From: Bacteroidales bacterium
GTDB taxonomy: Bacteria > Bacteroidota > Bacteroidia > Bacteroidales > CAIWKO01
Direction of reading: 5' to 3'
DNA length: 64,000 nt
Assembly (NCBI GenBank): GCA_018004645.1
Contig: JAGNBV010000001.1
Coordinates: forward strand, 4,665 to 68,664
Numbering within the stretch: position 1 is the first letter of the stretch; each line of letters begins with the position of its first letter. The notes beneath the pieces are model-generated. The model was given only the letters and a program-made list of their open reading frames with translations, did no database searches and was not told the origin of the DNA. The translations under genes and the position numbers were made by a program. Shown one piece after another: positions 20,288-30,936 of the stretch.

Positions 20288-21016
20288 TTAGCAGGCATCA
20301 ATCAAATCCCTTATCACCACCGAAGCGCAATAGCAGCCAAACATCACCGGAAGATACGAAATAGTGCCGGCCATTGATTTTTTATTGTTTACCGAATCAA
20401 AAAATATAACAGAAGCCTTAATGGGCTGTTCTGTCGAAAAAACTGCTTTAAAACCTGTGTTAACACCCAACCGCCTCAATCTTTTTCGAATATCGAAAGC
20501 AAAGGTACAGGTATGGGTTTCCGAGATGTCGGCCACACAAATCTTTGAGGGGTCCAGTTTGGCTCCTGCTCCCATGGCACTCACCACTTTTTGATTGAAT
20601 TTTAGTGCATACATCAGCATATATGCTTTTGCCGACAGCGAGTCGATAGCATCAACAATATAATCGTAAGGATGGTCAAGAAGCTCGATCATGGGGTCTT
20701 CTTTCAGAAATTTATCCACCGTTATCACTTCTATTTCGGGATTGATATCGCGCAGACGATCGGCCAACACCTGTGTTTTTTTGAGTCCCTCAGTGCTAAG
20801 CAGCGCTATTAGTTGCCGGTTACGGTTCGAGGGCTGTACAATATCGGCATCGGCAATGGTGAGTTTTCCAACGCCCGCACGGCAGAGCATTTCGGCGGCA
20901 GCGCTGCCCACACCACCGCAGCCCAGCACCAGGACATGCGCCCTGCGAAGCCTTTCGAGCTTTTCGGGGCCTATCAGCAGCTCGGTGCGAGCCAGCCAGT
21001 CTGAAGGATTTGTCAT
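20288..21016 (-). CDS. tcdA: ThiF/MoeB-family tRNA threonylcarbamoyladenosine dehydratase
   Basis: 242 aa. Nucleotide-binding VLGCGGVGS, then DADIVQPSNRNRQ. Confidence 0.8.
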   Translation of the reverse strand: MTNPSDWLARTELLIGPEKLERLRRAHVLVLGCGGVGSAAAEMLCRAGVGKLTIADADIVQPSNRNRQLIALLSTEGLKKTQVLADRLRDINPEIEVITVDKFLKEDPMIELLDHPYDYIVDAIDSLSAKAYMLMYALKFNQKVVSAMGAGAKLDPSKICVADISETHTCTFAFDIRKRLRRLGVNTGFKAVFSTEQPIKASVIFFDSVNNKKSMAGTISYLPVMFGCYCASVVIRDLIDAC

Positions 21017-21034
21017 TTGTTGTAACGAAAGGAT

Positions 21035-22561
21035 TTACCCAAGTTTAGAAATACCCGCTTCAATACGCTTCAAGGTTTCATCCTTTCCAATAATTTCAAT
21101 AATGGTACACAGATCAGCCCCCATGGCTGCTCCTACAATAACCACCCGGAGCGCATTCATAATTTGTCCGGTATGATACTGTTTTTCATTGATGTAGTCC
21201 ATTATTTTCTGCTTAATTTCGTCGGCAGTCCATATAGCACATTGGTTGATTACCTGCGAAATTTCCTTGATTTTTTCAGCAGAATCTGCTTTCCACCGGT
21301 CTTTAACGGATTTGGCATCATAGCTTACCGGCGCTTCGAAAAAATAGGATGATTGGGCCCATAATTCGTGGGTAAAGGTAATACGTTCTTTTATCAGCGA
21401 AATAATTCTCGTCACCGAAGCCCAATCGGCGTTAATATTTCGGCCAGCCAGTTCCCGGCCAAACAGTTTCGCGAGTTCTTCATCATTTTTGTTTTGTATG
21501 TACTGGTGGTTGAACCATTTGGCTTTTTCAGGACTAAATTTTGAGCCGGATTTTCCAACACGTTCCAGCGAAAAAGCATCGATAAGCTGGTCCATCGAAA
21601 AAATTTCCTGTTCGGTTCCGGGGTTCCAGCCAAGCAGAGCCAGCATATTAATGAAAGCGTCAGGGATATATCCGGACTCGCGGTAGCCACTCGAGATTTC
21701 TCCGCTTTTGGGATCGGTCCATTGCAAAGGAAATACCGGGAATCCCAGCCGGTCGCCATCGCGCTTGCTGAGTTTGCCATTGCCGTCGGGTTTCAAAAGC
21801 AGCGGCAAATGGGCAAAATACGGCATGTCGTTTTCCCAGCCGAGATAACGGTATAGTAATACGTGCAGGGGAGCCGATGGCAGCCACTCTTCGCCGCGTA
21901 TCACATGAGATATTTCCATCAGGTGGTCGTCTACCACATTGGCCAGGTGATAGGTGGGCAAGCCGTCGGACTTGAAAATAACCTTGTCGTCAAGCAAAGA
22001 GGAATCAAAAGTCACAGAGCCGCGAATCAGGTCGTTGATTGTAACTTTTTCGTTTTCGGGAATTTTTATCCGTATCACATAAGGAGCACCGGACTCAAGC
22101 AATTCTATGGTCTTTGATTCGGGAATAGTTAGTGAGTTGTTTAATTGCAAACGGTTTTTTTGGTCGTACTGAAAGGTTTTTTTTTCGGCTTCGTGGCTTT
22201 TTCTTAAGGTGTCCAGGGCTTCAGCCGAATCAAAAGCATAATAAGCATAGCCGTTATCAACTAATTGCTGAGCATATTGCCGGTAAATGGCTTTGCGTTC
22301 GGATTGGCGGTAGGGCATGTGCGGGCCGCCAGCCTCAACGCCTTCATTATAATTTATTCCGCACCATTTCAGCGATTCGATGATATACTCTTCCGCCCCG
22401 GGAACAAAACGTGTTTGGTCAGTATCTTCGATACGGAGTATCATGTCGCCGTTGTGTTTTTTTGCAAAAAGGTAGTTGTATAAAGCTGTGCGAACGCCTC
22501 CTATGTGAAGAGGCCCGGTGGGGCTGGGCGCAAAGCGAACCCTGATTTTTTCTGTCATCAT
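21035..22561 (-). CDS. gltX: glutamate--tRNA ligase
   Basis: Start moved to [22 protein letters not shown] (HIGH). Has KLSKRDG (KMSKS). TATTTTTG box just upstream. Confidence 0.95.
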   Translation of the reverse strand: MMTEKIRVRFAPSPTGPLHIGGVRTALYNYLFAKKHNGDMILRIEDTDQTRFVPGAEEYIIESLKWCGINYNEGVEAGGPHMPYRQSERKAIYRQYAQQLVDNGYAYYAFDSAEALDTLRKSHEAEKKTFQYDQKNRLQLNNSLTIPESKTIELLESGAPYVIRIKIPENEKVTINDLIRGSVTFDSSLLDDKVIFKSDGLPTYHLANVVDDHLMEISHVIRGEEWLPSAPLHVLLYRYLGWENDMPYFAHLPLLLKPDGNGKLSKRDGDRLGFPVFPLQWTDPKSGEISSGYRESGYIPDAFINMLALLGWNPGTEQEIFSMDQLIDAFSLERVGKSGSKFSPEKAKWFNHQYIQNKNDEELAKLFGRELAGRNINADWASVTRIISLIKERITFTHELWAQSSYFFEAPVSYDAKSVKDRWKADSAEKIKEISQVINQCAIWTADEIKQKIMDYINEKQYHTGQIMNALRVVIVGAAMGADLCTIIEIIGKDETLKRIEAGISKLG

Positions 22562-22768
22562 AAAAATTTTTGCAAAAATATCGTATTTTAGGTTAACAAG
22601 CCCCATGTGAACTGTCATTAAGTTCTCCACAGGTTGTAAAAACGATAAAACATCCGGTATGGCCGTAAACTTGAAAATTGATACCGTTTACTGATTTAGT
22701 GGGTATTAACCCAGTGCCGGGGCGTAGTTTTACGTTACATATAAAAACAAACAAGAAAGGAGCAAGCG

Positions 22769-22891
22769 ATGTCAAACACTAAAAATAATTTAACTATGAA
22801 AACAGCAAAACCATACGTACTGTGGATCATCTTTGCTGCATGGATGCTTGCGATTTTTGCAGTAATGATGCTGATTGAGTACAAAATGTAG
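22769..22891 (+). CDS. 40-aa hydrophobic peptide, hypothetical
   Basis: AAGGAG 7 nt before the ATG. Single TM (YVLWIIFAAWMLAIFAVMMLI). Followed by hairpin GCCACTC..GGGTGGC plus T8 at ~22929-22955. Not in the ORF track because it is under 60 aa. Confidence 0.35.
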   Translation: MSNTKNNLTMKTAKPYVLWIIFAAWMLAIFAVMMLIEYKM

Positions 22892-22980
22892 CCGCAAACC
22901 CAGAGCAAGCCAAATTTTTAAACCAAGCCACTCTTAACGGGGTGGCTTTTTTTTAATTTTGTCTTAAAAAAATAACGGAA

Positions 22981-23934
22981 ATGTCGGATCGGGATTTTCA
23001 AAAAGCACTAGAGCAAAACGATATTGACCTGCTGGCCCAAATTCCAAAGAGCGACCTCCATAACCACGCGGCACTTGGAAGCCGCATAGAATTTCTGGAG
23101 AAATGGGCAAAACAAAAAATTATCAGGCCACCGCAGGAAATGAAAAAATTTTCTGATTTTGAGGATTATTTGGAAAAAGCATTTAATAAATTTGTTAAGG
23201 CCCCGGAGTTTTTTGAGTACGCAAAAACGGCCACCCTTGAACAGGCCCGCCTCGATGGCGTAAAAGTGCTTCAAATAAGCCTCGACTCGCGTTTTTTTAG
23301 TGGTTCAGACAAAGATTGCCGGGAGAAAATTGATATTGTTCAAGGCGCTTTCAGACGGATATCTCCCGGGATATATTTTGTACCGCAGCTTGGTCTTCAA
23401 CGAAATCAGGACCAGAAAAAACTTTTTTATGATGCCGAGAGACTTCTTGACACAGGCTATTTCCGGTCAATAGATTTATATGGCGATGAATTGTATGGCG
23501 ATGTAGAAAGTTATATTCCACTCTACCGGAAAGCCAAAAAACAAGGAATGGTTCTCACAGCTCATGCTGGTGAGTATGGAACGGCTGTCTCGGTGAAAAA
23601 AGCCGTTGAGTTACTGGAACTCGATCAGGTGCAGCACGGTATTGCCGCATCGGAATCGAAAGAAGTGATGCGCTGGCTTGCCGACAATAAAATCATCCTC
23701 AATGTGTGCCCTACCAGCAATGTAATGTTGTGCCGGGTGCCCTCTATGGCAAAACATCCTGTTCGCATACTTTATGATCACGGGGTAAGGGTTACCATTA
23801 ATACTGATGATTTGATGGTGTTCAATCAATCCGTAAGTCAGGAATATCTCAACCTTTATAGGGCCGGAGTATTGGGTATCGGGGCGCTGGATGAAATCCG
23901 GCAGAACGGCCTACATGCTTTTAAAGGACAATAA
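22981..23934 (+). CDS. add: adenosine deaminase family protein
   Basis: Metal-ligand motifs DLHNHA, HAGE, and TINTDD. Confidence 0.8.
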   Translation: MSDRDFQKALEQNDIDLLAQIPKSDLHNHAALGSRIEFLEKWAKQKIIRPPQEMKKFSDFEDYLEKAFNKFVKAPEFFEYAKTATLEQARLDGVKVLQISLDSRFFSGSDKDCREKIDIVQGAFRRISPGIYFVPQLGLQRNQDQKKLFYDAERLLDTGYFRSIDLYGDELYGDVESYIPLYRKAKKQGMVLTAHAGEYGTAVSVKKAVELLELDQVQHGIAASESKEVMRWLADNKIILNVCPTSNVMLCRVPSMAKHPVRILYDHGVRVTINTDDLMVFNQSVSQEYLNLYRAGVLGIGALDEIRQNGLHAFKGQ

Positions 23935-24007
23935 TGCACAGTTTTTTTTGTCAACAAGGCCGAAATTTAATTAAAGGGTATATCTTTGCTTAACAAAAGT
24001 AAAAAAA

Positions 24008-24703
24008 ATGAAATTTGGTGTCGTAATATTCCCGGGATCTAATTGTGATCATGACTTGTTGTATGTATTAAAAAAAATCCTTAAGCAGGAGGTTGTTGCC
24101 CTGTGGCATAAAGATAAAGACCTGCAAAAATGTGATTTTATTTTTCTTCCGGGAGGATTTTCTTATGGTGATTACCTGCGTTCAGGAGCCATTGCGCGTT
24201 TTTCGCCCATTATGGAAAAAATAATTGATTATGCCAATAATGGAGGTTATCTGATGGGGATTTGTAATGGTTTCCAGATTTTGTGTGAAGCCCAATTATT
24301 GCCGGGAGCCTTGCTGAGCAATAACAACAAGCAGTTTATCTGTAAAAATGTTTTTATCAAACCGGTTTCGCAAAAAGCTGCACCGGTCAAATACCTTGAT
24401 CCGGAAAAAGCGCTGAAAATACCCGTGGCACATGCCGAGGGCCGGTACTATGCCGATAAAAAAACCATAAAGCAGCTTTACGAACACGACCAGATACTTT
24501 TTAAATATTGCGATGCTGCCGGACATATTACCGAGGATTCAAATCCTAATGGCACAATTGATAATATTGCGGGTATCTGCAACCGTACCAGGAATGTTTT
24601 TGGGATGATGCCTCACCCCGAAAGGGCTTGCGACAAAGAGCTTTCCAATACCGACGGCAAACTGATTATGGATTCGCTGTTGAAAACCCTGACAAAAAAA
24701 TAA
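24008..24703 (+). CDS. purQ: phosphoribosylformylglycinamidine synthase, glutaminase subunit
   Basis: 231 aa. GATase-1 nucleophile GICNGFQ and MMPHPER. Confidence 0.95.
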   Translation: MKFGVVIFPGSNCDHDLLYVLKKILKQEVVALWHKDKDLQKCDFIFLPGGFSYGDYLRSGAIARFSPIMEKIIDYANNGGYLMGICNGFQILCEAQLLPGALLSNNNKQFICKNVFIKPVSQKAAPVKYLDPEKALKIPVAHAEGRYYADKKTIKQLYEHDQILFKYCDAAGHITEDSNPNGTIDNIAGICNRTRNVFGMMPHPERACDKELSNTDGKLIMDSLLKTLTKK

Positions 24704-24709
24704 GTTGTT

Positions 24710-25798
24710 TTGAAAAAGATTTTGTTTATCGTTGCTCACCGGCCGGGCCGGTCGCCAGGGCAAAGGTTTCGTTTTGAACAATATCTTGATTACCTCGCGA
24801 ACAAGGATTATTCTTACGAATTTTCTTTTCTGCTTACCGAAAATGACGATAAGGTTTTTTACAGCAAGGGAAAATACTTTAGCAAATTTCTGATTTTTAT
24901 AAAAAGCATTTTATTGAGATTCAGGGATTTGAGGCGGGTGCGGAACTACGATATCGTATTTATTTACCGGGAAGCCGTGATGTTTGGCAGTACTTTTTTT
25001 GAAAAAAAATTTAAAAAAAAAGGCGCCCTTATTATCCTTGATTTTGATGATGCCATCTGGCTTATGGATGTGTCGGAAGGCAACAAAAAGCTGAGTTGGC
25101 TTAAAAGGCCTTCAAAAACAGCTGATATTTTGAAACTTTCCGATATGGCTTTTGTTGGAAATTCTTATTTAGCCACCTATGCCCAACAGTATAATCCCAA
25201 TGTGAAAATTGTCCCTACCACCCTTGATACCCGAAAAATGAAAACCAAACACCAGATGGTCTCCGAGAAGATTTGTATTGGCTGGACAGGGTCGCACACC
25301 ACATTAAAACATTTTGAATTAGCTATCCCGTTTTTGAAAAAAATAGCGGAAAAGTATCCTGTAAAAATAAAAATCATTTCTGACATACCACTGAACTCCA
25401 ATGAGTTACGTTTTGATTTTTGTCGCTGGAATAAGGATTCCGAAACGGAAGACCTTTCAGAAATTGATATTGGGATAATGCCCTTGCCAGATAACGACTG
25501 GGCCCGAGGAAAATGCGGGTTTAAGGGTTTGCAATATATGGCGGTCGGGATTCCGGCGGTTATGTCGCCGGTTGGTGTCAATACGGAGATAATTAAAGAC
25601 GGGGAAAATGGTTTTCTGGCGGCAAATGAAGATGAATGGATCGAAAAATTATCCCTGCTTATTGAATCGCCCGAACTGAGAAAAAAAATAGGTGCCACCG
25701 GTCGTAAAACAGTGGAAGAAAAATATTCTTTCAATGCCTGGAAAGACACCTACGTCGGGTATTTTGAAGAATTGCTTACGAAGAAAAATCATTCATAG
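24710..25798 (+). CDS. GT4-family glycosyltransferase
   Basis: TTG start. C-terminal GT-B motif CGFKGLQYMAVGIPAV...ENGFL. Confidence 0.8.
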   Translation: MKKILFIVAHRPGRSPGQRFRFEQYLDYLANKDYSYEFSFLLTENDDKVFYSKGKYFSKFLIFIKSILLRFRDLRRVRNYDIVFIYREAVMFGSTFFEKKFKKKGALIILDFDDAIWLMDVSEGNKKLSWLKRPSKTADILKLSDMAFVGNSYLATYAQQYNPNVKIVPTTLDTRKMKTKHQMVSEKICIGWTGSHTTLKHFELAIPFLKKIAEKYPVKIKIISDIPLNSNELRFDFCRWNKDSETEDLSEIDIGIMPLPDNDWARGKCGFKGLQYMAVGIPAVMSPVGVNTEIIKDGENGFLAANEDEWIEKLSLLIESPELRKKIGATGRKTVEEKYSFNAWKDTYVGYFEELLTKKNHS

Positions 25799-28275
25799 TA
25801 ATACACACGCTTTACCCGGCTGGAAACGGACGTGAGAATTTCGTATGGGATAGTGTCGAGGCGGTCGGCAATTTCTTTAATGGTGGCAGCATCATCGAAA
25901 ACATAAACAATATCGCCTTCTTCGGCTTCAAGGCCTGTTATGTCGAGCATACACATGTCCATGCACACACTGCCGATAATGGGCGCTTTTTTGCCATTCA
26001 CGATCATAAACCCGTTGCCGTTGCCCAGCTTGCGGTTGAGGCCATCGGCATAACCTATCGGAATAGTGGCAATGCGTGCGTCTCCGCCGGCAATGTATTT
26101 TCGTCCGTAACCTACCGTATCGCGGGCCGAAATGGTTTTAATCTGCGAAATGATAGAACTCAGGCTGCTGACATTCTGCAGATACTGTTGTTCTTCTTCC
26201 GAAAATGAAATGCCGTACAGCCCTATTCCCAACCTAACCATATCGAATTGTGCCTCAGGAAAGCGGGAAATTCCGGCAGAGTTCAACACGTGCATCATAA
26301 ACGGGGTTTTGATTTCTTCTTTCATACGTGCACAAACCGTTTCGAGTGTCTTTATTTGTTGCCGCGAAAACTCATCCTCGTTGTTGTTTTCGCTGGCCGC
26401 CAGGTGCGTAAACACCGACCGGACAATAATACTATCGTTTTGTTTAAGCACAGCCAACAACTTGTCAATTTCATCAGGTAAAAAACCCAGGCGGTGCATA
26501 CCGGTGTCTATTTTTATGTGCACCGGCATTTTGTAAGGCTCTTTTGATTCGTAGGCGGTGATGGATTCGATGAGCAGCGTGAGCGTGCGAAAATTGTATA
26601 TTTCCGGTTCAAGACTGAACTTTTTCATCAGGTCAAAACTTTCTTCTTCGGGGTTCATGACCATGATAGGGGTGGTAATTTTAGCCTTGCGGAGTTCTAT
26701 GCCTTCATCAGCGTAAGCCACAGCCAGGTAATCAATGTTGTGGTATTGCAATACGTTGGCAATTTCGTAGCCGCCGCTTCCGTATGAAAGGGCTTTTACC
26801 ATCGCCATGACTTTGGTGCCTTTTTTAAGTTTGTTCTGGTAAAAATTCAGGTTATGAATAAGAGCGTTTAGGTTAATTTCCAGAAGCGTTTCATGCGATT
26901 TTTGCTGCAACATACGGCTTATCTGCTCGAAAGCATAGATACGTGCGCCCTTGATAAGTATTGTTTCGTTATGGAATGCCGACCCGGGAACTTTTGCCAG
27001 AAAGGCATCAGTGTCAATAAAAAATGACTTTTCCATCGGGAAAAGCTTTTCGTTTTTCGAAATGGAAGGCCCGATACCGATAAAACGCGTTACCCCTTTT
27101 GATACCAACAGGTTAGCTATTTCGCCATAGAGTTCGTGATCCGTAAGGGAACTTTGCAGGATATCCGACAAAATCACGGTTTTTTTGCTGTGCTGTTTTT
27201 GCTGACACATAAAATCCAGGGCGATGTTCAGCGAATTGAGGTCCGAACTATAGCTGTCGTTAATAACAGAACAGTTGTTTATGCCGGCCTTCAGTTCGAG
27301 ACGCATTGCCACGGGCGTCAGCAGGGCTAACCTGGCGGCGATGGTTTCGTGAGGATAGTCCAGGTAAAGCATTAACGCCCAGCAATGTATGGCGTTTTCT
27401 ATGGAGGCGTCATCGGTAAAGGGAATTTGTACCGCGATATTTTCTGATTTATAAACCGCAGAGATTATGCAATGGTTTTGATTTTTTTCAATGCTTTTTA
27501 TGGTCAAATCGGCTTTGTGTTTGGAGCCCCAGGAAAAAAAACATTTTTGAGGTTGAATGCCGGATTTAATTATACGTTCTTGGATATCATAGTTATCCGA
27601 ACAATAAATGAGGGTTTCGATGCGTCGGAAGAGGTTCAGTTTTTCACCGATTTTTTGCCTGACATTCAGAAAGTTTTTATCGTGGGCAGTGCCAATATTG
27701 GTAAAGATACCGATAGTGGGACTAATGATCGGTTGCAGGATTTTCATTTCTTCAGGTTCCGAAATTCCCGCTTCAAAAATGGCCAGTTCGTGTTCGGGTT
27801 GCATTTGCCATACCGATAATGGCACCCCGACCTGTGAGTTATAGCTTTTGGGGCTGCGAACAATATTTTTATCGGGCGACAGCAATTGAAACAACCATTC
27901 TTTAACAATGGTTTTGCCGTTACTGCCTGTGATGCCGATAACAGGGATGTTGAACCGAAGGCGGTTATGAGTGGCAAGAGTTTGAAGCGCAACCAGCGTG
28001 TCGCTGACGAATACGAACCTGGCGTTTGCGTAGTTTTCCTGGTTTTCGGGTAATGATGACACCATGAAATACCGGATTCCTTTTTCATAGAGTTCCGGAA
28101 TGTAGTTGTGCCCGTTATTTTTTTTGGTGACCAGGCAAAAAAACAATGCATTATCGGCAGAAGTTACCTTTCGGCTGTCAATGAGCAGGTGCCTGATAGG
28201 ATAGTCGTCGGGGAGGTCGTTTGAAAGCGTACCATTTACAATAGACGCAATTTCTGATATAGTATAGGAGGGCAT
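25789..28275 (-). CDS. murF: bifunctional UDP-MurNAc-pentapeptide synthase (MurF) / alanine racemase (Alr)
   Basis: N-terminal half has Mur ligase GITGSNGKT. C-terminal half has the PLP site AMVKALSYGSG and the YGISF-type racemase core. Confidence 0.9.
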   Translation of the reverse strand: MPSYTISEIASIVNGTLSNDLPDDYPIRHLLIDSRKVTSADNALFFCLVTKKNNGHNYIPELYEKGIRYFMVSSLPENQENYANARFVFVSDTLVALQTLATHNRLRFNIPVIGITGSNGKTIVKEWLFQLLSPDKNIVRSPKSYNSQVGVPLSVWQMQPEHELAIFEAGISEPEEMKILQPIISPTIGIFTNIGTAHDKNFLNVRQKIGEKLNLFRRIETLIYCSDNYDIQERIIKSGIQPQKCFFSWGSKHKADLTIKSIEKNQNHCIISAVYKSENIAVQIPFTDDASIENAIHCWALMLYLDYPHETIAARLALLTPVAMRLELKAGINNCSVINDSYSSDLNSLNIALDFMCQQKQHSKKTVILSDILQSSLTDHELYGEIANLLVSKGVTRFIGIGPSISKNEKLFPMEKSFFIDTDAFLAKVPGSAFHNETILIKGARIYAFEQISRMLQQKSHETLLEINLNALIHNLNFYQNKLKKGTKVMAMVKALSYGSGGYEIANVLQYHNIDYLAVAYADEGIELRKAKITTPIMVMNPEEESFDLMKKFSLEPEIYNFRTLTLLIESITAYESKEPYKMPVHIKIDTGMHRLGFLPDEIDKLLAVLKQNDSIIVRSVFTHLAASENNNEDEFSRQQIKTLETVCARMKEEIKTPFMMHVLNSAGISRFPEAQFDMVRLGIGLYGISFSEEEQQYLQNVSSLSSIISQIKTISARDTVGYGRKYIAGGDARIATIPIGYADGLNRKLGNGNGFMIVNGKKAPIIGSVCMDMCMLDITGLEAEEGDIVYVFDDAATIKEIADRLDTIPYEILTSVSSRVKRVYYYE

Positions 28276-28288
28276 GAAAAGAACAGTG

Positions 28289-29386
28289 TTAGTTATCTTT
28301 TTCCGAATCTGTATCGGATTGTTTGTGTGAACTTATTTTAAGCGGATTGGCTTTCAGTGAGTCGTAATTATTGCGATTTGTAAAAATATCACAGGCAAGG
28401 TACATCGCATTGCGGAACGATTCGGGGCTAGCAATGTTTTTTCCGGCAATATCGTAAGCTACTCCATGAGCAGGAGAAGTTCTGACAACAGGCAGTCCGG
28501 CGGTATAGTTAACACCTTCGTTAAAGGCAATGATTTTAAATGCTATCATGCCCTGATCGTGATACATGGCCAGTACACCATCAAATTGCCGGTATTTGAG
28601 CGAGCCAAAAAATCCGTCGGGAGGATACGGGCCAAAACAAAGAATATTTTCGGATTGGGCTTTTTTCATGGCCGGGATAATCACGCTGGTTTCTTCGTTG
28701 CCGATAACGCCACTGTCTCCCGAGTGGGGGTTCAGGCCCAACAGGGCGATTTTTGGTTTGTCAATACCAAAGTCGCGTATCAGCGAGTTGTTCATCACTA
28801 TCAGTTTGCGCAGGATGAGTTCTTCGGTAAGCGTATCCGAAATGTTTTTTATAGGAACATGGCCTGTTACAAAACCTATCCGCAGGTCGGGCGCCACCAT
28901 CATCATCAGATAATTCGAAGCATTGAAGCGTTCGGCAAGATATTCCGTATGTCCTTTAAAATGGAAATCGCCGGACTGAATATTTTTCTTGTTGATGGGA
29001 GCTGTAAGCAACACGTCAATATTATTGTTTTTCAAATCGCTGGTAGCCATATCGAGGGCCATAAGAGAAAGTTTTCCGGCGATTTCGGTGGATTCGCCGA
29101 TATCGATTTTTACTTCCTGTTCGGTAACATTCACGATGTTCTGGCGTTTTGAACTCGCCAGTTCGGCTTTTTTTACCAGGTTGAAGTTAATGTCGTTGTA
29201 GTTTAGCGCTTTGCGGTAATAAGAAGCAATTTTTGACGAGCCATATACTACGGGGGTGCATATTTCGAGGATGCGTGGTTCCATCAATGTCTTGATAATG
29301 ATTTCGTAACTGATGCCATTAAAATCGCCATGCGTAATACCCACCACAACTTTGCGGTCTTTTTCGGCTTCTTTGGTGTTTCCCAT
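28289..29386 (-). CDS. pdxA: 4-hydroxythreonine-4-phosphate dehydrogenase
   Basis: Start moved to MGNTKEAEK.... Motifs ITHGDFNGIS, GHTEYLA, LNPHSG, VRTSPAHG. Confidence 0.9.
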   Translation of the reverse strand: MGNTKEAEKDRKVVVGITHGDFNGISYEIIIKTLMEPRILEICTPVVYGSSKIASYYRKALNYNDINFNLVKKAELASSKRQNIVNVTEQEVKIDIGESTEIAGKLSLMALDMATSDLKNNNIDVLLTAPINKKNIQSGDFHFKGHTEYLAERFNASNYLMMMVAPDLRIGFVTGHVPIKNISDTLTEELILRKLIVMNNSLIRDFGIDKPKIALLGLNPHSGDSGVIGNEETSVIIPAMKKAQSENILCFGPYPPDGFFGSLKYRQFDGVLAMYHDQGMIAFKIIAFNEGVNYTAGLPVVRTSPAHGVAYDIAGKNIASPESFRNAMYLACDIFTNRNNYDSLKANPLKISSHKQSDTDSEKDN

Positions 29387-29434
29387 ATCAAAATTATTTT
29401 TCACAAAGATACTTATAAAAAACATTTATCCCGC

Positions 29435-29826
29435 ATTTCAAGACTTTGAAAAAGTAGAATAAATCATCTAACTTTTAAAATGATTTAGCCATGATTTGTG
29501 CGTTCATTTCTTTTGCTTGTCCAAAAGAAATGAACCAAAGAAAATGACAGCCCAGACAATGCTTCTGCCCGCTCTCAGAAAATATTGAAAATCTAATCAA
29601 AGTAGGCCCGACGCCATGCGTCGGGAAACCCCGCAATCTGCGGGGCCTTTGAAGATTTTCAAATATTTTCTGATTCACGCCAACGCTGGCCCGCCGTCTG
29701 GGCAGGCCAACGCACTTTTTTTCTACGAAAAAATAAAATGTTTTGATAAATGCCGATATCTTATGAAACTTACAATTTATTGAAATACAGTTAGTTTAAT
29801 TAAGTTGGAATCAATTACGCATTAAA
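29435..29826 (-). repeat. 392-bp structured repeat, copy B (inverted partner of 12036..12427)
   Basis: Reverse complement aligns along its full length to copy A. The same hairpins are retained, including the 13-bp hairpin at 29502-29535. Confidence 0.9.
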
Positions 29827-29909
29827 CAATTCTATTGCTTAAATTGGGTTTATGGGAAAACAGAAGCGGTCGAAATTTGTTGCGAAACGGGAATAATTTT
29901 CAATAAGTC

Positions 29910-30749
29910 TTATTCTTCAAAGAATATATTGTCAGGAATTCTTTCGATGATTTTATTTTTGCTCGCGTATTCAAACAAAAAAGTTATGGCTTCACGGCCT
30001 TTTTCCCCGAGGTATAAGGTGTAGTCGTTCACATACAGTTCTATATGTTTTCTGATGACCTCCTCATCTATTTCAACAGAGTGTTCTCTGATAAAATCTT
30101 TTGATGATTCGGGATGCCCGAAGGCATATTCTACGCTGGATTTCATTATCCGGCTGAGCCTGGCCTTTAGTTCGGCGGGCATATCCCTGCGGACGACAAT
30201 ACCGCCGAGCGGTATGGGGAATCCGGTTTTTTGTTCCCAAAAAGCACCCAGATCGCAAAGTTTCACCAGTCCTTTATCCTGGTAAGTAAACCGTGTTTCA
30301 TGAATAATAACTCCGGCATCAACGATGTTTTTCAAGATTTTGTTTTCAATTTTATTGAAAATTATTTCATGAACATCCGACACTTCGGGGTAGGCAAAGT
30401 TTAACAGAAAAGCCCCTGTGGTGTATTTTCCGGGTACGGCGATGGTGAGTTTGTTGATTTCTTCGTCGGAGTAGTTTTTGCGGCCTATCAGCAGGGGCCC
30501 GCAGTTGTTGCCCATGGCGCTACCGTAACTGAGCAGTTGATATTTGTCGGCAAGGTGTAAAAAAGCATGAAAACTAACCTTGGTCATGTCCAGATCCTCT
30601 TCAAAAGCACGCTGGTTCAGCGCTTCTATATCTTCGGCATCGCAGATAAAATCAATGCCTTCGGTATCAATTTTATTATTGATAAGGGCGTCAAAAATAA
30701 AAGTATCGTTAGGACAGGGTGAAAAGCCGAGCTTTATGATGTAAGACAT
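29910..30749 (-). CDS. mqnD: 1,4-dihydroxy-6-naphthoate synthase (futalosine pathway)
   Basis: 279 aa. N-terminal LGFSPCPNDTFIFDAL signature. Next to an mqnB-like gene. Confidence 0.8.
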   Translation of the reverse strand: MSYIIKLGFSPCPNDTFIFDALINNKIDTEGIDFICDAEDIEALNQRAFEEDLDMTKVSFHAFLHLADKYQLLSYGSAMGNNCGPLLIGRKNYSDEEINKLTIAVPGKYTTGAFLLNFAYPEVSDVHEIIFNKIENKILKNIVDAGVIIHETRFTYQDKGLVKLCDLGAFWEQKTGFPIPLGGIVVRRDMPAELKARLSRIMKSSVEYAFGHPESSKDFIREHSVEIDEEVIRKHIELYVNDYTLYLGEKGREAITFLFEYASKNKIIERIPDNIFFEE

Positions 30750-30765
30750 GGGGAAGGAGGATTTT

Positions 30766-30884
30766 AGAAGTTAGAAGTAAAAAGTTAGAAGTCAAAAGTC
30801 AGAAATCAGAAGTCAGAAGGGAAGCCTGAAACCGATACCCCTAATTCTGAATTCTGAATTCTGAATTCTGAATTCTGAATTTCT
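30766..30884. repeat. two opposed heptad tandem arrays: (AGAAGTC)x8 and (AATTCTG)x5-6
   Basis: Eight 7-bp units at 30766-30821 and five to six at 30843-30884. The unit sequences are near reverse complements (TCAGAAG vs TCAGAAT), so the arrays can fold into one long imperfect hairpin. Confidence 0.85.
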
Positions 30885-30936
30885 CTGCAAAAGTATTGCT
30901 AAAAAGTTCATTAGTCGAATAAGATTAAAAAAATTT

